A DNA stretch of 64,000 bases from Macrostomum lignano (taxonomy: Eukaryota): contig NIVC01000070.1 of the NCBI GenBank assembly GCA_002269645.1, positions 1,093,494 to 1,157,493 on the forward strand, given 5' to 3'. A program made the translations under genes and the position numbers. Shown in pieces: positions 35,033 through 47,894 of this stretch; position 1 is the stretch's first letter, and each line of letters opens with the position of its first letter. The notes under the pieces are model-generated. The model was not told the origin of the DNA, ran no database searches, and was given only the letters and a program-made list of their open reading frames with translations.

Positions 35033-36520
35033 ATATCAATGCTCACAACAGCCGGCCAATTTTATTCAACTCAAGAACTGCAAATTCAGCCCTCAATGTA
35101 GGCTGTCCAGTTAGATCAAATGTCTTATGAATTTGTTCGATGTTCAAATTATATAAATGTTTCTTTGAAATACTGCGATAAACAAAATTACACATAAAAA
35201 ATACCACCTTATTATATCTCTTTGCATGACTCAAAATATCTGATTATGGAAAATAAGGCCTCTAGCCCTATGAGTTTTGTAGGCCCTAGGTAATTTTACT
35301 CTTTCTTTTAAAAAAAATTTTGTCAGCCAGCAACGCGTAGGCCCTACCTAATGTGTATAGTGTATATTATGCATTGTGAGACTGTTAAGCTGCTTTTGTT
35401 CTGCACCCTACTGAAAAAACTAAAACTATCTATCTAGATTCTAAGCTCTAAGCTGTCTGAGAGATGCATGCTATTTGGGCCTGGCGGCTATCCTGCAGAA
35501 TCGTTTGTTAAATTCACTGTACTGTAATCTGTATCATACTGTATGCACATTTTTTAGCTATTGACATGAAACTTTCCAAAAATAAATACTTTATTATGGA
35601 ATTATTTAATACAAATGGAATTTTAATGCCAAAACACTTCTAAAATGATGGCATAATGAAAGTATTCATTTTTGGCAAGTTTCATGTCAAAGCTAAAAAA
35701 ATGTGCAGTGATCCTTCAGTTTCCCACTCTAAATTATTTAAACCCCAGCCGCCTACAACACATTGGCCAACCATCTGACAGTCATCTTTCGGTCATTGAG
35801 CTTTCCCCCATCAGCACTGACAATATCTCTACTTGATGATAACACACTACTACCCTATGTAGAACTCTGTGAACTCCTGCGAGAAATCTGTGAGCTTGTC
35901 AGACTGAAAAGTTCAAAAAGGGGTTTAAAAAATTTAGAGCAGGAAACCAAAAGATTGCTAAATGTGCGTGCAGTGAATTTAACAAATGGAACAATTCTGC
36001 AGGATATCTGGGTTTGGCCTAGGGATATTTGCTATCTAATAGATGCTTGCTTTGATTAGCAGACAATTTAAGAACTGAAATGCTGGGCACTGAAAAGCCT
36101 AGATACCATTTCATTGTATATTGGTACCATGTTATATAATACTAGTGTTATTTATACAGTAACTAAAATAACTAGGCCCTGGCTAGGCCTATCTTATAAT
36201 AAGTTATCTTATTGGGCAAAGGGCCTGCTCATTATTTGTCCTTAGGCCTATATCTTTTATTTTCATGAGTTTAAACTAACTAGGCCTAAACTAAAGCTAT
36301 GATAGGCCTATGGATTTAGGCGTGATTTATATGCTTGTAACTTAGCCTTAAGCCTAGTTAGCATTTTTTATTTGCTTAGTATATAGCTTATTAGCAATGT
36401 GTATATTGTATGCATCCTAAATTTTGAAATTGCACTCTGATATTATATTAATATTATAAAACACCATATCTTTAAGTTTGGCAATAAGCCGCAATATTCA
36501 AAAGTAGGCTTATAGTCTCA

Positions 36521-36855
36521 TAACCTATTTTTTCCTTTTAGTCTCATTTGCACTGCCTTAAAATAAGAAAGAAAAGAAATTGCACTCTAACTAAGCCTTT
36601 AAATTGCACCTCTAGATTGGACATAGCCATAGGCGTAGGCATAACTTATAAGGTACAATTTTGTACTTTGTCTCTAGCCAAAAATAGGCCTTAACCAAGT
36701 GCTAGGTTTTTTGCCCAAGACAAAGTGTAAAATCTCACTCTAGGCCCCCTTATGCCTAATTTCAAAGTGTAATTTTAGAGCTCAAAGTGTAATTTCTCTT
36801 TTTTCTTATATTAAGACAATGCAGCAAATGCGGCTTAAAAAGAAAAAATAGGTTA
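36521..36855. mobile_element. Degenerate foldback/MITE-like inverted repeat
   Basis: TAACCTATTTTTTCCTTTTAG...TTGCAC at the left mirrors GTGTAATTT...CTTAAAAGAAAAAATAGGTTA at the right; ends and TSD not resolved. Confidence 0.45.
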
Positions 36856-39800
36856 ACACTATACTAGTGCTGCCAAAGCTACACAAATTTGAATTTTTTG
36901 TGCAAATGCACAAATAATGTGCAAGACCCTAAATTTCTATGCAAATTAGACTTTTTGGATTATTGACAGTCTGGTAGTAGCAAAATGTTAAATTCTACTT
37001 CAAATGATAATATATTGATACTAAGCTAGAGGTTGGATAGGATTGAAATCTTCAGGTGGGATTAGGATTAGGAATAATTTTTTTTTTATTAGGATCATAC
37101 ATGCGCAACAGTCGGCCAAGTTGGCTGATTCGGCCAACCAATTTGGCAGCCAACCAAGGAAGTTGCAAAAATGCCCACCCAAAAATGCACCAAGTAGTAG
37201 TACTAAGTAGCTGACAAGGCATTTTGGCTTTATAAGACAGTCATAGTTACTCATGCCGTTTACCCAAAGTTGCGTTAATCTTGTTTGTTACATGTATGTC
37301 ACATTTTTGGCCAAAAACTACATCGCATTTTTGTTAAAACTAAGTCGCACAGCCAACCAATATTTGGAGGTTGCACATGTATGATTGGGATTGGTATTTG
37401 GGAATTGGGATCAGGTCTTTTAGTATATTGTAGTTTGTAGGTCCAAATAAAGTTAAACAAAATTGAGCAAAAAATGTCAAGATCAAAATTCAAACATAAC
37501 AAAATTGATGCAAAGTTTTGTAACAAACAAAGTAATAATGTAATGAATACAAGTTAAAACAAAATATATTTAGGTAATCACTATTTTTATAAACTTTTGA
37601 TGAAAAGACCTGTTCCTGATTTTTGTGTTTTTTAGGGTTGGGATCCTAGTCCCACAAGAATACAATTTTTCTTAGGATCCTAGGATTTTGAGATTGGGAT
37701 CAGGATCCCGTCTGACCTCTAATTGATACTTCACTTGTCAATTATTGCTGCTCTTTGTTTGCACTTAAAATTAAACACTATTTTCATACTATTTTTTTCT
37801 TCATTTTCAAGTATTTAGCATTTGATTTATTATCCAAAGTTGTGACTAAAAATTATGACAAGAGAAAAGGACACTAGATTGATGTCACGTTATTTGATGT
37901 TGGCCATGACCCTTAAAAGGGCCGTTTTAGTCCCAAAATAAGTTGAAGTCAACTCAGGCGAAGTGGATGGTGTAGCGGAGCACTTGGCGATAAAGGTAGG
38001 AACTGCCGTAGTTGTCTTTATTGTTAATATCAGTATTAAGTTTGGTTGTTACTGGCAATAAACAGACTATAGCTTTCTGGGCACTGGCGGCTGCAACAAT
38101 GGGTTGAATATAATTTGGATATGAAGTCAAGTGGCAGGCGAATGACACAATGGCGATGTGACGTGAGCAGAGGCTATGAGCACAGTGAAGGCAGTGAAAC
38201 GTAATGGCGAGTTTGGCGTCGGTCGTGGCGTGAGACAGTCAAGTAAGTGTGTGAGCAGGCTGGCCCAGGCAGAGGGGCCGTGGCGAGAAATAAGGAGGCT
38301 CGAGGCAGCCAGGCAGGAACGCAAAAACACACACAAGGCCAAGGACAGACAGGGAGGGAGAGAGAAGCACAGATAAGGACGGAGGAAACAAGAGTGAGGA
38401 GTGCCCGCCGCCAGGCGGGGGGTTTAATAAAAGAGCGCAGAGGGGAGTAGCGCGAGCACGAGTGATTTCATTGGCTGGCGAGAGAACTTAAAATTATCGA
38501 TCGTGCCAATTTTATACGGTCGCGAGAGAGGATAGCAAAATACACAGTGAATTAGAAATTGCCACAAAATCGTTGGGCACTACTACAAGTAAACGTCGCA
38601 ATAAACGAATGGAAAAGTTTAGTTGAAACGGTGAAACTGAAGGGTTGAATGACTATGGAGAACAGCAGTCCAACGGCCCTTTTCGGGACCACCTTAAACT
38701 GGCAACGTCACAATTGAATTTCTTCATTTTTTATTTATTTTAATAATAACAATCAGCCTAGGTTTCTACCTGCACTATTTTTTACCCTGCGCAAAAAATA
38801 ATTTTGTTGTGAGTGGCAGCATTAGACTACACTTTAACTGCACCCACTTTTTTAATTTTAGGGTGCAATTTCAAAATTTAGGGTAAATACATATACTATG
38901 TCTATATCATTCACAAAAAGCTCAGAACCCAAGACATGTTTTATAGCATATTTTTATGCTAGTATTTTTAAGTCTCATAGTTAAGTCTCAATTAGTTAAT
39001 TTTAAGTCTCATTTAGTATTCAACAGCATTCGTAAATGGAGTTTACAATAGTTTTTATTAGGCCTTAGGCCTAGTAGATGACAAACTGACCAAAATCTAA
39101 CATATGCCAATGGGCTAGATGACAAAGTTTAAAAATTTCAAAGTGTAGGTCAAGACCATTAAAAATATCTTATTACTTTTATTAGACAGTAAGCTTATTG
39201 TATTGTAGAGACCTAGGCTAGGCCTATAAAGTACATAGTATACTTGCCATTTTTCTATTATTTTATATTGTATCATATTGCAAAAAAAGAAACAGGAAAC
39301 CAAAAATTCAAAAAAGGTTTAATACAAATAGAATGACATATTTTGCACTGCTAGGCCTAATAATGTGTAGCCTATCTTTACTTTTCAGCAAAGGTTTCAG
39401 CATAGGGCCTAATTCATAATACATTTGAAAAGTGTTGCTTAAAAAGATCATATAAATATATATTGCAACCATTTTTATGCATGCTAAGACCTATTTCATG
39501 ATTAAAATATAAAAAATACTAGGGCTAGGCTAAATCATAAAAAAATTATTATCTAAATCGATTTTATTAACAATTAATGTTATTGATAATATTGAGATTA
39601 TTATTATTAATATTACTATTAGTAACTAGCATGCAAAAACAAATTAATATATTCAAATATTACGAGTAATACTCGTATATTGGAAAGCTCATAGAGCTGC
39701 TCAATCTGCTGTCTAAGAAGTGGGAGGTAGTTGCCCTCAAGGGTAAGCATACCAAAGCCATGAAGGAGGATCATTGCAATAGTTGCAATGACCATTGATT

Positions 39801-40382
39801 ATTTTTTGCTTTAAAATGCATCCCAGTTTGAAACCAACCCTGAGAATAAATCTTTGCAGTCATAGACAAAGTTTTTCTTCTTGTAGTAGTAGTAGTCAGG
39901 TTGAAATTGCAATTTACTTTCTTGAACCTTGTCACTAAATGAGCCATAACTCGGCAACAGAATTACCAAGAGAAGCTTTTAGCACTCAAATGAAGTATCT
40001 TTGCATGTTGCCGTTTAAGATGAATTTTAATTCAGGCGATTTCAATGTGCTAGTTTAAAAGTTATATGCAAGCAATCAACTATCCCAATGAACAGCCCTC
40101 ATATATGGTAAATTACAGCTCTGTACATAGTAGAATTCCCTAGATGCATAGACCTAGTCTGTTATTTATCGTTTATTATCGTGTATCGTTTATTGAAATC
40201 AATATTTTGACGCTGGATACACTAAAATAGGTGTCTAATACCTTAGTGGTCTCCATATCATCTCCCTCTACTGAGTTCTCTGCATGTTTATAAAAATAGG
40301 CAAGTATACAAATATACAAAAGGCCAAATTCTGCATACATTACCTATCAAAACAGTTGTCAGTGCATCATATTGCTTCATTC

Positions 40383-42513
40383 ATGAGTGCCTCACGCTCA
40401 GCTTCACGCTCTCGAAGTGGCAGCCGCAGCCGCAGCCGCAGTCTCAGTGCCGGCAGAGGCGGCAGTCGCAGCGGCGGGGTTGGCCGTCCAATGGCGCCGC
40501 AGTCCAGGTCACCGTCGAGGTCAAGGTCAAGGTCAAAATCGAGATCTAACAAATCTGAATCGAGGTCGCCCTATCGTTCGCGACCAAGGTCAAGGTCGCC
40601 GCCAAGGTCCCATTCTAGATCGAAGTCTCGGGATAGCTATGGTATGTAGGCTGAGACAACACCCAGACATTGTGGGGAGTGAATGTGCAGACACTGGGGA
40701 ATGACACCCACAGACACTGGGGAATGAGGGTGCAGACACCTACAGACAATGGGGAATGAGGGTGCAGACACCTACAGACACTGGGGAATGAGGGTGCAGA
40801 CACCTACAGACACTGGGGAATGAGGGTGCAGACACCTACAGACAATGGGGAATGAGGGTGCAGACATCCAGAGACACTGGAAAATGAGTGTGCAGACACA
40901 GGGAAATGTGGGTGCAGACACTCAGAGACACCGGGAAATGAAAGTGCAGACACCCACAGACACTGGGGATGAGGGTGCAGACACCAACAGACACTGGGGA
41001 GTGAGAGTGCAGACACCCAGAGACTCGTGTGGTGCATGTCGCATTGAATCAACTTGTCGCTTTGCCACCAAGATCGTCGGGACCGCCGCGCAGCTCCCCG
41101 CAGCCGCAGTCGCAGCGGCCGCAGCCGGGACCGCAATCGCAGCCGGTCGCCGATGTCCAGCCGCAAGCGGCACGTTGGCGACCGGGACAACCCCAAGGCG
41201 AGCAAATGCCTCGGCGTGTTCGGCCTGAGCCTGCGCACCACAGAGGAGGATCTGCGCCATCTGTTTGGCCGCTACGGCCGGCTGGAGGATGTGCAGCTGG
41301 TGAAGGACAACCACACCAGGCGGTCGCGCGGATTTGCCTTCGTCTATTTTGAATCTCTAGACGACGCCACGTACGCCAAGGAGCGCTGCCACGGCAAAGA
41401 GCTGGACGGGCGCAATATGCGTTGCGATTTTTCGATAACTCGCCGGGCGCACACTCCCACGCCTGGCGTCTATCTTGGCGCACCCGGCGGCGCCCCTTCG
41501 CGCGGCTACGGCGGCGGCGGCGGCGGCTCGCGAAATTATTCGGATCGCGGCGGCGGCTATGGCCGAGACAGGCGTTACGGCGGTGGCGGCGATGGTTACT
41601 ATGACAATGGAGGCGGCGGCGGTAGCAGGCGGAGTCGCAGTCGCTCCTACGAGAGATCGGATCATCGGAATCGATACGGTTATGGTTGGCTCATGAATAA
41701 TTTGGTTTTAATTATTAGTAACTAGGCACTTCGGTCCTTTGATAGAGATCCACTTCCCTCACTTCCGTCCTTGATGCAAGTCCGCTTTCCTCACTTCTGG
41801 TGCTTCATTGGAGGTCCGCTACTCACTTTCGGTCCTTTATTGAAGATCCGCTACTCACTACCGGTCCTTTATTGGAGGTCCGCTACTCACTTCCGGTCTT
41901 TTGATGAAAGTCCGCTACCCACATCCGGTCCTTTATTGGAGGTCCGCTACTCACCCGGTCGGTTATTGGAGTTCCCCTACTCACTTCCGGTCCTTTGATG
42001 GAAATCCACTACTCACTTCCGGTCCTTTGATGGAGTTCCGCTACTCACTTCCGGTCCTTTGATGGAGGTTCGCTACTCACTTCCGGTCCTTTGATGGAGG
42101 TTTGCTACTCACTTCCGGTCCTTTGATAGAGGTTCGCTACTCACTTCCGGTCCTTTGATGGAGGTTCGCTACTCACTTCCGGTCCTTTGATGGAGGTTCG
42201 CTACTCACTTCCGGTCCTTTGATGGAGGTTTGCTACTCACTTCCGGTCCTTTGATGGAGTTCCGCCCCCGCTACTCACTTTCGGTCCTTTCATGGAGGTC
42301 CTCCCCCGCTACTCACTTCCGGTCCTTTGATGGAGGTCCGCTAGAATATGTGGCCGGGGTAGCCTCCCAGCTTCAGCCTCAGCTTTCTTAGCACAAGTTT
42401 TGGAAGAAAACTATTGAATGTCTGCCTATTAATATTGCAGATATCTTTAATGGTTTCACAATTCTTAGCGTTTAGTAAGGTTAGATTAATTTTCCTTTTC
42501 AGATCGCTACTGA
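40383..42513 (+). CDS. TRA2: Transformer-2 (RS1-RRM-Gly-rich-RS2); exons 40383-40641, 41073-41678 or 41684, probable terminal exon 42503-42513
   Basis: RS-rich exon 1 with a phase-1 donor joins G|AT at 41073; [11 protein letters not shown]...[11 protein letters not shown] followed by the Tra2-specific linker [18 protein letters not shown]. The terminal exon (CAG|AT CGC TAC TGA) is inferred; unspliced read-through stops at 41725. Confidence 0.93.
40680..41022. repeat. Intronic 32-bp minisatellite (CAGACACTGGGGAATGAGGGTGCAGACACCTA)
   Basis: About 10 units in tra2 intron 1. Confidence 0.92.
41726..42342. repeat. 32-33-bp minisatellite (CTACTCACTTCCGGTCCTTTGATGGAGGTTCG)
   Basis: About 18 units in the putative last tra2 intron. 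Confidence 0.94.
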
Positions 42514-43904
42514 TGGTCCTGTGCATCCGCGGCCAGGCTTGCAGTTGTGCTGTTTTTAAACTTTGTAAGACTGCCATTGGCCCGGCCACTTCAATGCCAG
42601 CTATTCTGGGGTGGAATGTACTTTTGTCTGTTGTCACTTTTATTGGTATTTGTTATCTAATCCAGTCCAGTTACAATATGTTATGAATACAAGTTGGTTT
42701 TGTCTCACCCTTCTTACCTGGCAGCAGAAGCGGGCTCGTGTATTCTGAGAGCTGACATCAAACAGATCTGAGCTGACTGTTGGCGCTTTAACGTTCTTTA
42801 ATACAATATAGTGTTTGTTTTTTGTTCAACTAATTTACTAAACTCAAATCAGCTAATTTAATTTTTTCCTTCTAAGTTTTTTTCTTGTCTAAACTCTTAC
42901 TTTGCTACTGTCGTGAGTAGACGTCTTGGGTAGTCTGACATTTTGCTCCGACGATACGCTGAACGCAAGGGTTTTTAAAATTAGTTTTAAATGATGTTTT
43001 ACTCTGGTGTTCGTCCGGCCTTTCACTTACGCTTGAAATCCCCCCATTCCGCCTGTTCTATAAAGGTTTTCTGAGAAGATTAAGGACAAGAGTGGCTATT
43101 GACAAGTGATGAAGATTAACAAGACGGGTTGACAAGAGAAGTGTGAAGATGATGAGAAGAGAGAACGAAGTAAGACAGTCTGACAGGGCTAGAAGAAGTG
43201 AAGATTTCTAGGTAAGTTGCTCAAGCCTTTAATAAGATTTTGTGTGAGCTATCCTGCCCGGATCCGTCTGTCTTCTCCTGTGGGTAAAAGTTGAACTGCA
43301 GGTAAGTGCGACCTGGTGATTCATTAATAGTAGTGCTAATAATAACTTTATATATGTCAACTATGAACAAATACAAATAACAATAATAATACTAAACCCT
43401 GTGCTCAAGCAAGTCTTATTATAATTCAGCGTTTCATTTCTGTCGGTTTGTAAGAAAGTCTCTTTGTTCTTGTTTTCTTTTTATTGCCTCTGAGCACTAT
43501 AGCTAAGTAGCATAGATTAAATAAGAGTTTAGTAAGCGCTTTCTTATCAGTCAGCAATATAAGTATACGTAAGCGCCTACTTATAGATAGATGACCTGCC
43601 ATCTGGCAGTCTAGCACTGTGGCTTATCCCCTCACCTTGTGCAGTTCATCTGCTTATAGTACAATAGCAGCCACACGGGCTGCTCACTCAATGCATGTTG
43701 ATGTTGCTGTTTTCCAGAGTATAGGAATTCCTGCAAAAGTGAAACGCTTAGTCGCTTATAGTGTATTTTTTCTCAAGCAAGTTTGACCTTCCCTTTTTAT
43801 TGCCATTTATTATACCACTGAAACTAAAACTCAAAAGAGCTTTCATGCAAAGCAAAAAATTTAAATAAAAGGTCTAAAATCCAGGATGAATAATCTCCTT
43901 GCCA

Positions 43905-44290
43905 AAGCTAAAATCCCCAATCCCTTATCAATAATCCCCTTCCCAAATCTAAGATCCCCAATCCCTTATCAAAAATCCCCTTCCCAAAGCTAAGATCCCC
44001 AATCCCTTATCAATAATCCCCATCCCAAAGCTAAGATCCTCAATCACGAATCAATAATCCCCATCCCAAAGCTAAGATCCTCAATCCCTTATCAATAATC
44101 CCCATCCCAAAGCTAAGATCCCCAATCCCTTATCAATAATCCCAATCCCAAAGCTAAGATCCTCAATCACGAATCAATAATCCCCATCCCAAAGCTAAGA
44201 TCCTCAATCCCTTATCAATAATCCCAATCCCAAAGCTAAGATCCTCAATCACGAATCAATAATCCCCATCCCAAAGCTAAGATCCCCAAT
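43905..44290. repeat. 41-bp minisatellite (AAGCTAAGATCCCCAATCCCTTATCAATAATCCCCATCCCA)
   Basis: About 9 units; period 41 measured between 43987 and 44028. Confidence 0.93.
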
Positions 44291-44504
44291 CGCGAGTATG
44301 CAAAAAATATCTAAGTGATACTTTCGATGTTTACACGTGCCAGTTGGTCAGGTAGTGATTACCGAGTGAAAATAGTAACATTAAGTAAAATACACCTTGA
44401 GCGCGCAAGTTGGTCTCATTTGTTCCAGCGCAAATCATTTGCCTCAAAGTCTAACAGAACTGGGAGGCCCATAGTAACAGATTGTTTCGACTAATTAACC
44501 AAGC

Positions 44505-47492
44505 ATGTCTTCATCCGCGCCGGCAAACTTCAAAGATGCCCTGCGCAGACACCTGGACTCGAGCAGTAACCGCTTGCCCAATGAGATCATTGAGTCCTGG
44601 CAGGCTGAGAACTCCATCCGCCTGCCATCGCTGGACGCGGCTCTGCCTCTGCTGGACCGGGTGAAGGTTCGGCGGTACGACTTCTACCAGGCCACCGCTG
44701 AGCTGTTGCGGGACCGCCTGCTCACCCGGGTGAGTACAGCTGCACCCACCCCAACTGTATCTCAACTCTACCCACCCCAACTCTCAGCATCTCAACTCTA
44801 CCCACCCCAACTCCATCTCAACTCTACCCACCCCCACTCTCGCCATCTCAACTCTACCCACCCCAACTCTCAGCATCTCAACTCTACCCACCCCAACTCC
44901 ATCTCAACTCTACCCACCCCAACTCTCAGCATCTCAACTCTACCCACCCCAACTCTCAGCATCTCAACTCTACCCACCCCAACTCTTCATCTCAGCTCCA
45001 CCAACTCAAAAAATCTGCCCAGATCCGAGAGCTGGCCGCCACAGGTCGCCGTTCGAGTTACAAACGAATGGCCGAACTGCTCGAAGCGTCGTTTCCTTAC
45101 CTGTCGGTGCCGACTCTCCGACCTGTGCCGATGACGCTGCTGGAGCACCTGACCACCCTGCTGGAGATGCACAAGCCAGCGGTGCGCCCCCGGCTCAAGG
45201 ACAAGTACTTGAAAGCGATTGCCAGCTCCGCAGAGCTCTACTCGGCTGCTCCCGTGGCAGTTAAACGGTTAATCTGGGAAGGCGATCCCAAACTATTCGT
45301 GTCCGAGATATCACCTCTGTTGGACGAATTGGTCCGATCCAGAGCCGTGACTGGCCTGTGCCTGGCCGACATTGACCAGCCGGTGTTGACTGTGCCGTCC
45401 AAGACTCGGCGCCAGCTGCCCGTGATTCAACATCTTCTGCAGGTTGGAATTGAGCAGACATTGAGCAGGCATTGAATGGACATTGAGCAGGCATTGAATA
45501 GACATTAAGCAGACATTGAGCAGAAATTAAATGGACATTGAGCAGGCATTCAATAGACATTGAGCAGGCATTGAACAGTCATTGAAAAGACATTGAACAG
45601 ACATTGAGCAGGCATTGATCAGGCATTGAGCAGACATTGAGCAGGTATTGAACAGGAATTGAACAGGAATTGAGCAGACATGGAGCAGGTATTGAGCAGG
45701 TATTGAACAGACATTGAGCAGACATTGAGCAGGTATTGAGCATGCATTGAACAGACATAGAGCAGACATTGAGCAGGCATTGAGCAGGCATTGAACAGAC
45801 ATTGAGCAGACATTGAGCAGGTATTGAGCAGGCATTGAGCAGGCACTGGGAGTCACTGAGAGTTACTGAGTAGGCCGAAGCATTCGATAAACACTGACTA
45901 GGCACCGATTATTAACTGAGTAAACACTGAGTAGGCAGTAAGCAAGCCGCTCCCACTTTTCCCCTCGCAGCTGATCGGAACATCCTCTTTCCTGTACGAG
46001 CAAACCGTGGCCTGCCTCCGGGAAAAGTACAAATGCACCGGAGCCCTGGAGGCCTGCACCCTCCGCATGGATTTGCTCATGTCGCTGCATGACGCTAAAA
46101 TTGATGACGTCTGCGTTCGCGACCCGCTGCACAAATTTGCCTGGGTGCTGGACGCCTGTGGCCGGGACAGGGTGTCCGAAATCCGCCGCCTGACTGAACT
46201 GCGCAGTTTCTACAAGGCCGCCAAATCTGCCGTCAAATCTGCCGCGGCGGCTGCTGCTGCCGATGAAGGCGAGGACAACCGGGTGGGAGCTGCGCAGCTG
46301 GGCGAAGTGTCCCTGCTGTGCGCCTGTCCGCACATTCAAGCCACCCTGGCGCTGTGCCTGCTGTCCAGACTGGACCAGCTGGTGCTGGCCGCCCAGCTGC
46401 CCAGGACTGACTCCATCTGCAGATTCCTTGTCCGGCTGCTGCAGCTGGGACTGTCGGCCTGGGAGCTGGTGAGGCAGGACGATCAGCACCAGCAGCAGCT
46501 CGGCTGGCTCAGCGAGTCCGTGGCAGCCTGCGAACTGCTGCCCAGCGTGGCCAGGCTCAGGCTCGAGACCCAGCTCAGGCTGGTTGGCAGGCAGACTAGG
46601 AGGCTGATGAAAGGTGAGCTGAGTGGGTGAGGCTGTTGCCAGGTGAGCTGAGTGGGTGAGGCTGTTGCCAGGTGAGATGGGTGAGGCTGATGCCAGGTGA
46701 GATGGGTGAGGCTGTTGCCAGGTGAGATGGGTGAGGCTGATGCCAGGTGAGATGGGTGAGGCTGTTTCCAGGTGAGATGGGTGAGGCTGATGCCAGGTGA
46801 GATGGGTGAGGCTGTTGCCAGGTGAGATGGGTGAGGCTGTTTCCAGGTGAGATGGGTGAGGCTGTTGCCAGGTGAGATGGGTGAGGCTGTTTCCAGGTGA
46901 GATGGGTGAGGCTGATGCCAGGTGAGATGGGTGAGGCTGTTTCCAGGTGAGATGGGTGAGGCTGTTGCCAGGTGAGATGGGTGAGGCTGTTTCCAGGTGA
47001 GATGGGTAAGGCTGATGCCAGGTGAGCTGGGTGAGGCTGTTGCCAGGTGAGATGGGTGAGGCTGTTGCCAGGTGAGATGGGTGAGGCTGTTGCCAGGTGA
47101 GATGGGTGAGGCTGTTGCCAGGTGAGATGGGTGAGGCTGTTTCCAGGTGAGATGGGTGAGGCTGTTTCCAGGTGAGATGGGTGAGGCTGTTTCCAGGTGA
47201 GATGGGTGAGGCTGTTGCCAGGTGAGATGGGTGAGGCTGTTTCCAGGTGAGATGGGTGAGGCTGTTTCCAGGTGAGATGGGTGAGGCTGTTGCCAGGTGA
47301 GATGGGTGAGGCTGTTTCCAGGTGAGATGGGTAAGGCTGATGCCAGGTGAGCTGGGTGGGTGACTGCTTGAGCTTCTGTTGTGTTTAGACAAAGACTTAA
47401 ACATTTTAAACGCATCTTCGATGTATATCGGTTGTCTGCTTTCTTATTTGAGTTTGTCTGCCCTGTCACTGTCAGAAATTAGTTGCCATTAA
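44505..47492 (+). CDS. NELFB: Negative elongation factor B / COBRA1 (exons 44505-44729, 45023-45442, 45971-46613, probable 47389-47492)
   Basis: WQAENSIRLPSLDAALPLLD, LLEASFPYLSVPTLRPV, VKRLIWEGDPKLFVSEISPLL, PSKTRRQ, CTLRMDLLMSLHD, DPLHKFAWVLDAC and LLQLGLSAWEL match recalled NELF-B motifs in order; phases compatible; last exon uncertain. Confidence 0.92.
44745..45005. repeat. Intronic 27-30-bp minisatellite (CTCAACTCTACCCACCCCAACTCTCAGCAT)
   Basis: Fills NELF-B intron 1 almost from donor to acceptor. Confidence 0.93.
45449..45845. repeat. Intronic 11-bp minisatellite (ATTGAGCAGRC)
   Basis: Begins 6 nt after the NELF-B intron 2 donor. Confidence 0.93.
46614..47355. repeat. Intronic 25-bp minisatellite (GTGAGATGGGTGAGGCTGTTGCCAG) x ~29
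   Basis: Starts exactly at the NELF-B intron 3 donor; each unit begins GT and ends AG. Confidence 0.97.
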
Positions 47493-47894
47493 GTAATCGC
47501 CTTAAGCTGACGGAAAATTTTGCATTGCCTTTTTCCAAAAGCGATAAGAAAAATTATTTTCTTAGACAATTTGCCGATTGTTCAGAATCTGTCTTGTTCG
47601 CCCCTTTGCTTGAGGCGAATTTAATTGAGCTAATTGATTTCCCGGGCGGTTGTGCAAGGCGCATCGGAGGACAGTGGCGAAAATGGGATCTTATCCTTTT
47701 AAATCCGCTGTTAAGACGAACGGGGGCGAATGGCGCTGGATGCGAGTCGCTCTGTACCAGAGGCGATTTTCTGCCATCTCTTATATGGCGGCAGAAATTT
47801 TTCTCTATCCACTTTCCATATTTGTCCAGAACTGAGCTTTGCGACAGAATTTGAGTTCCGTTTCATTGCAACATAATGCTGTCGTGTCAGACTA

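Noticed and set aside
45863-47469. 513-aa and 328-aa minus-strand ORFs
   Set aside because: Antisense to NELF-B exon 3 and the 25-bp intronic array; explained by GC-rich codon bias and repeats.
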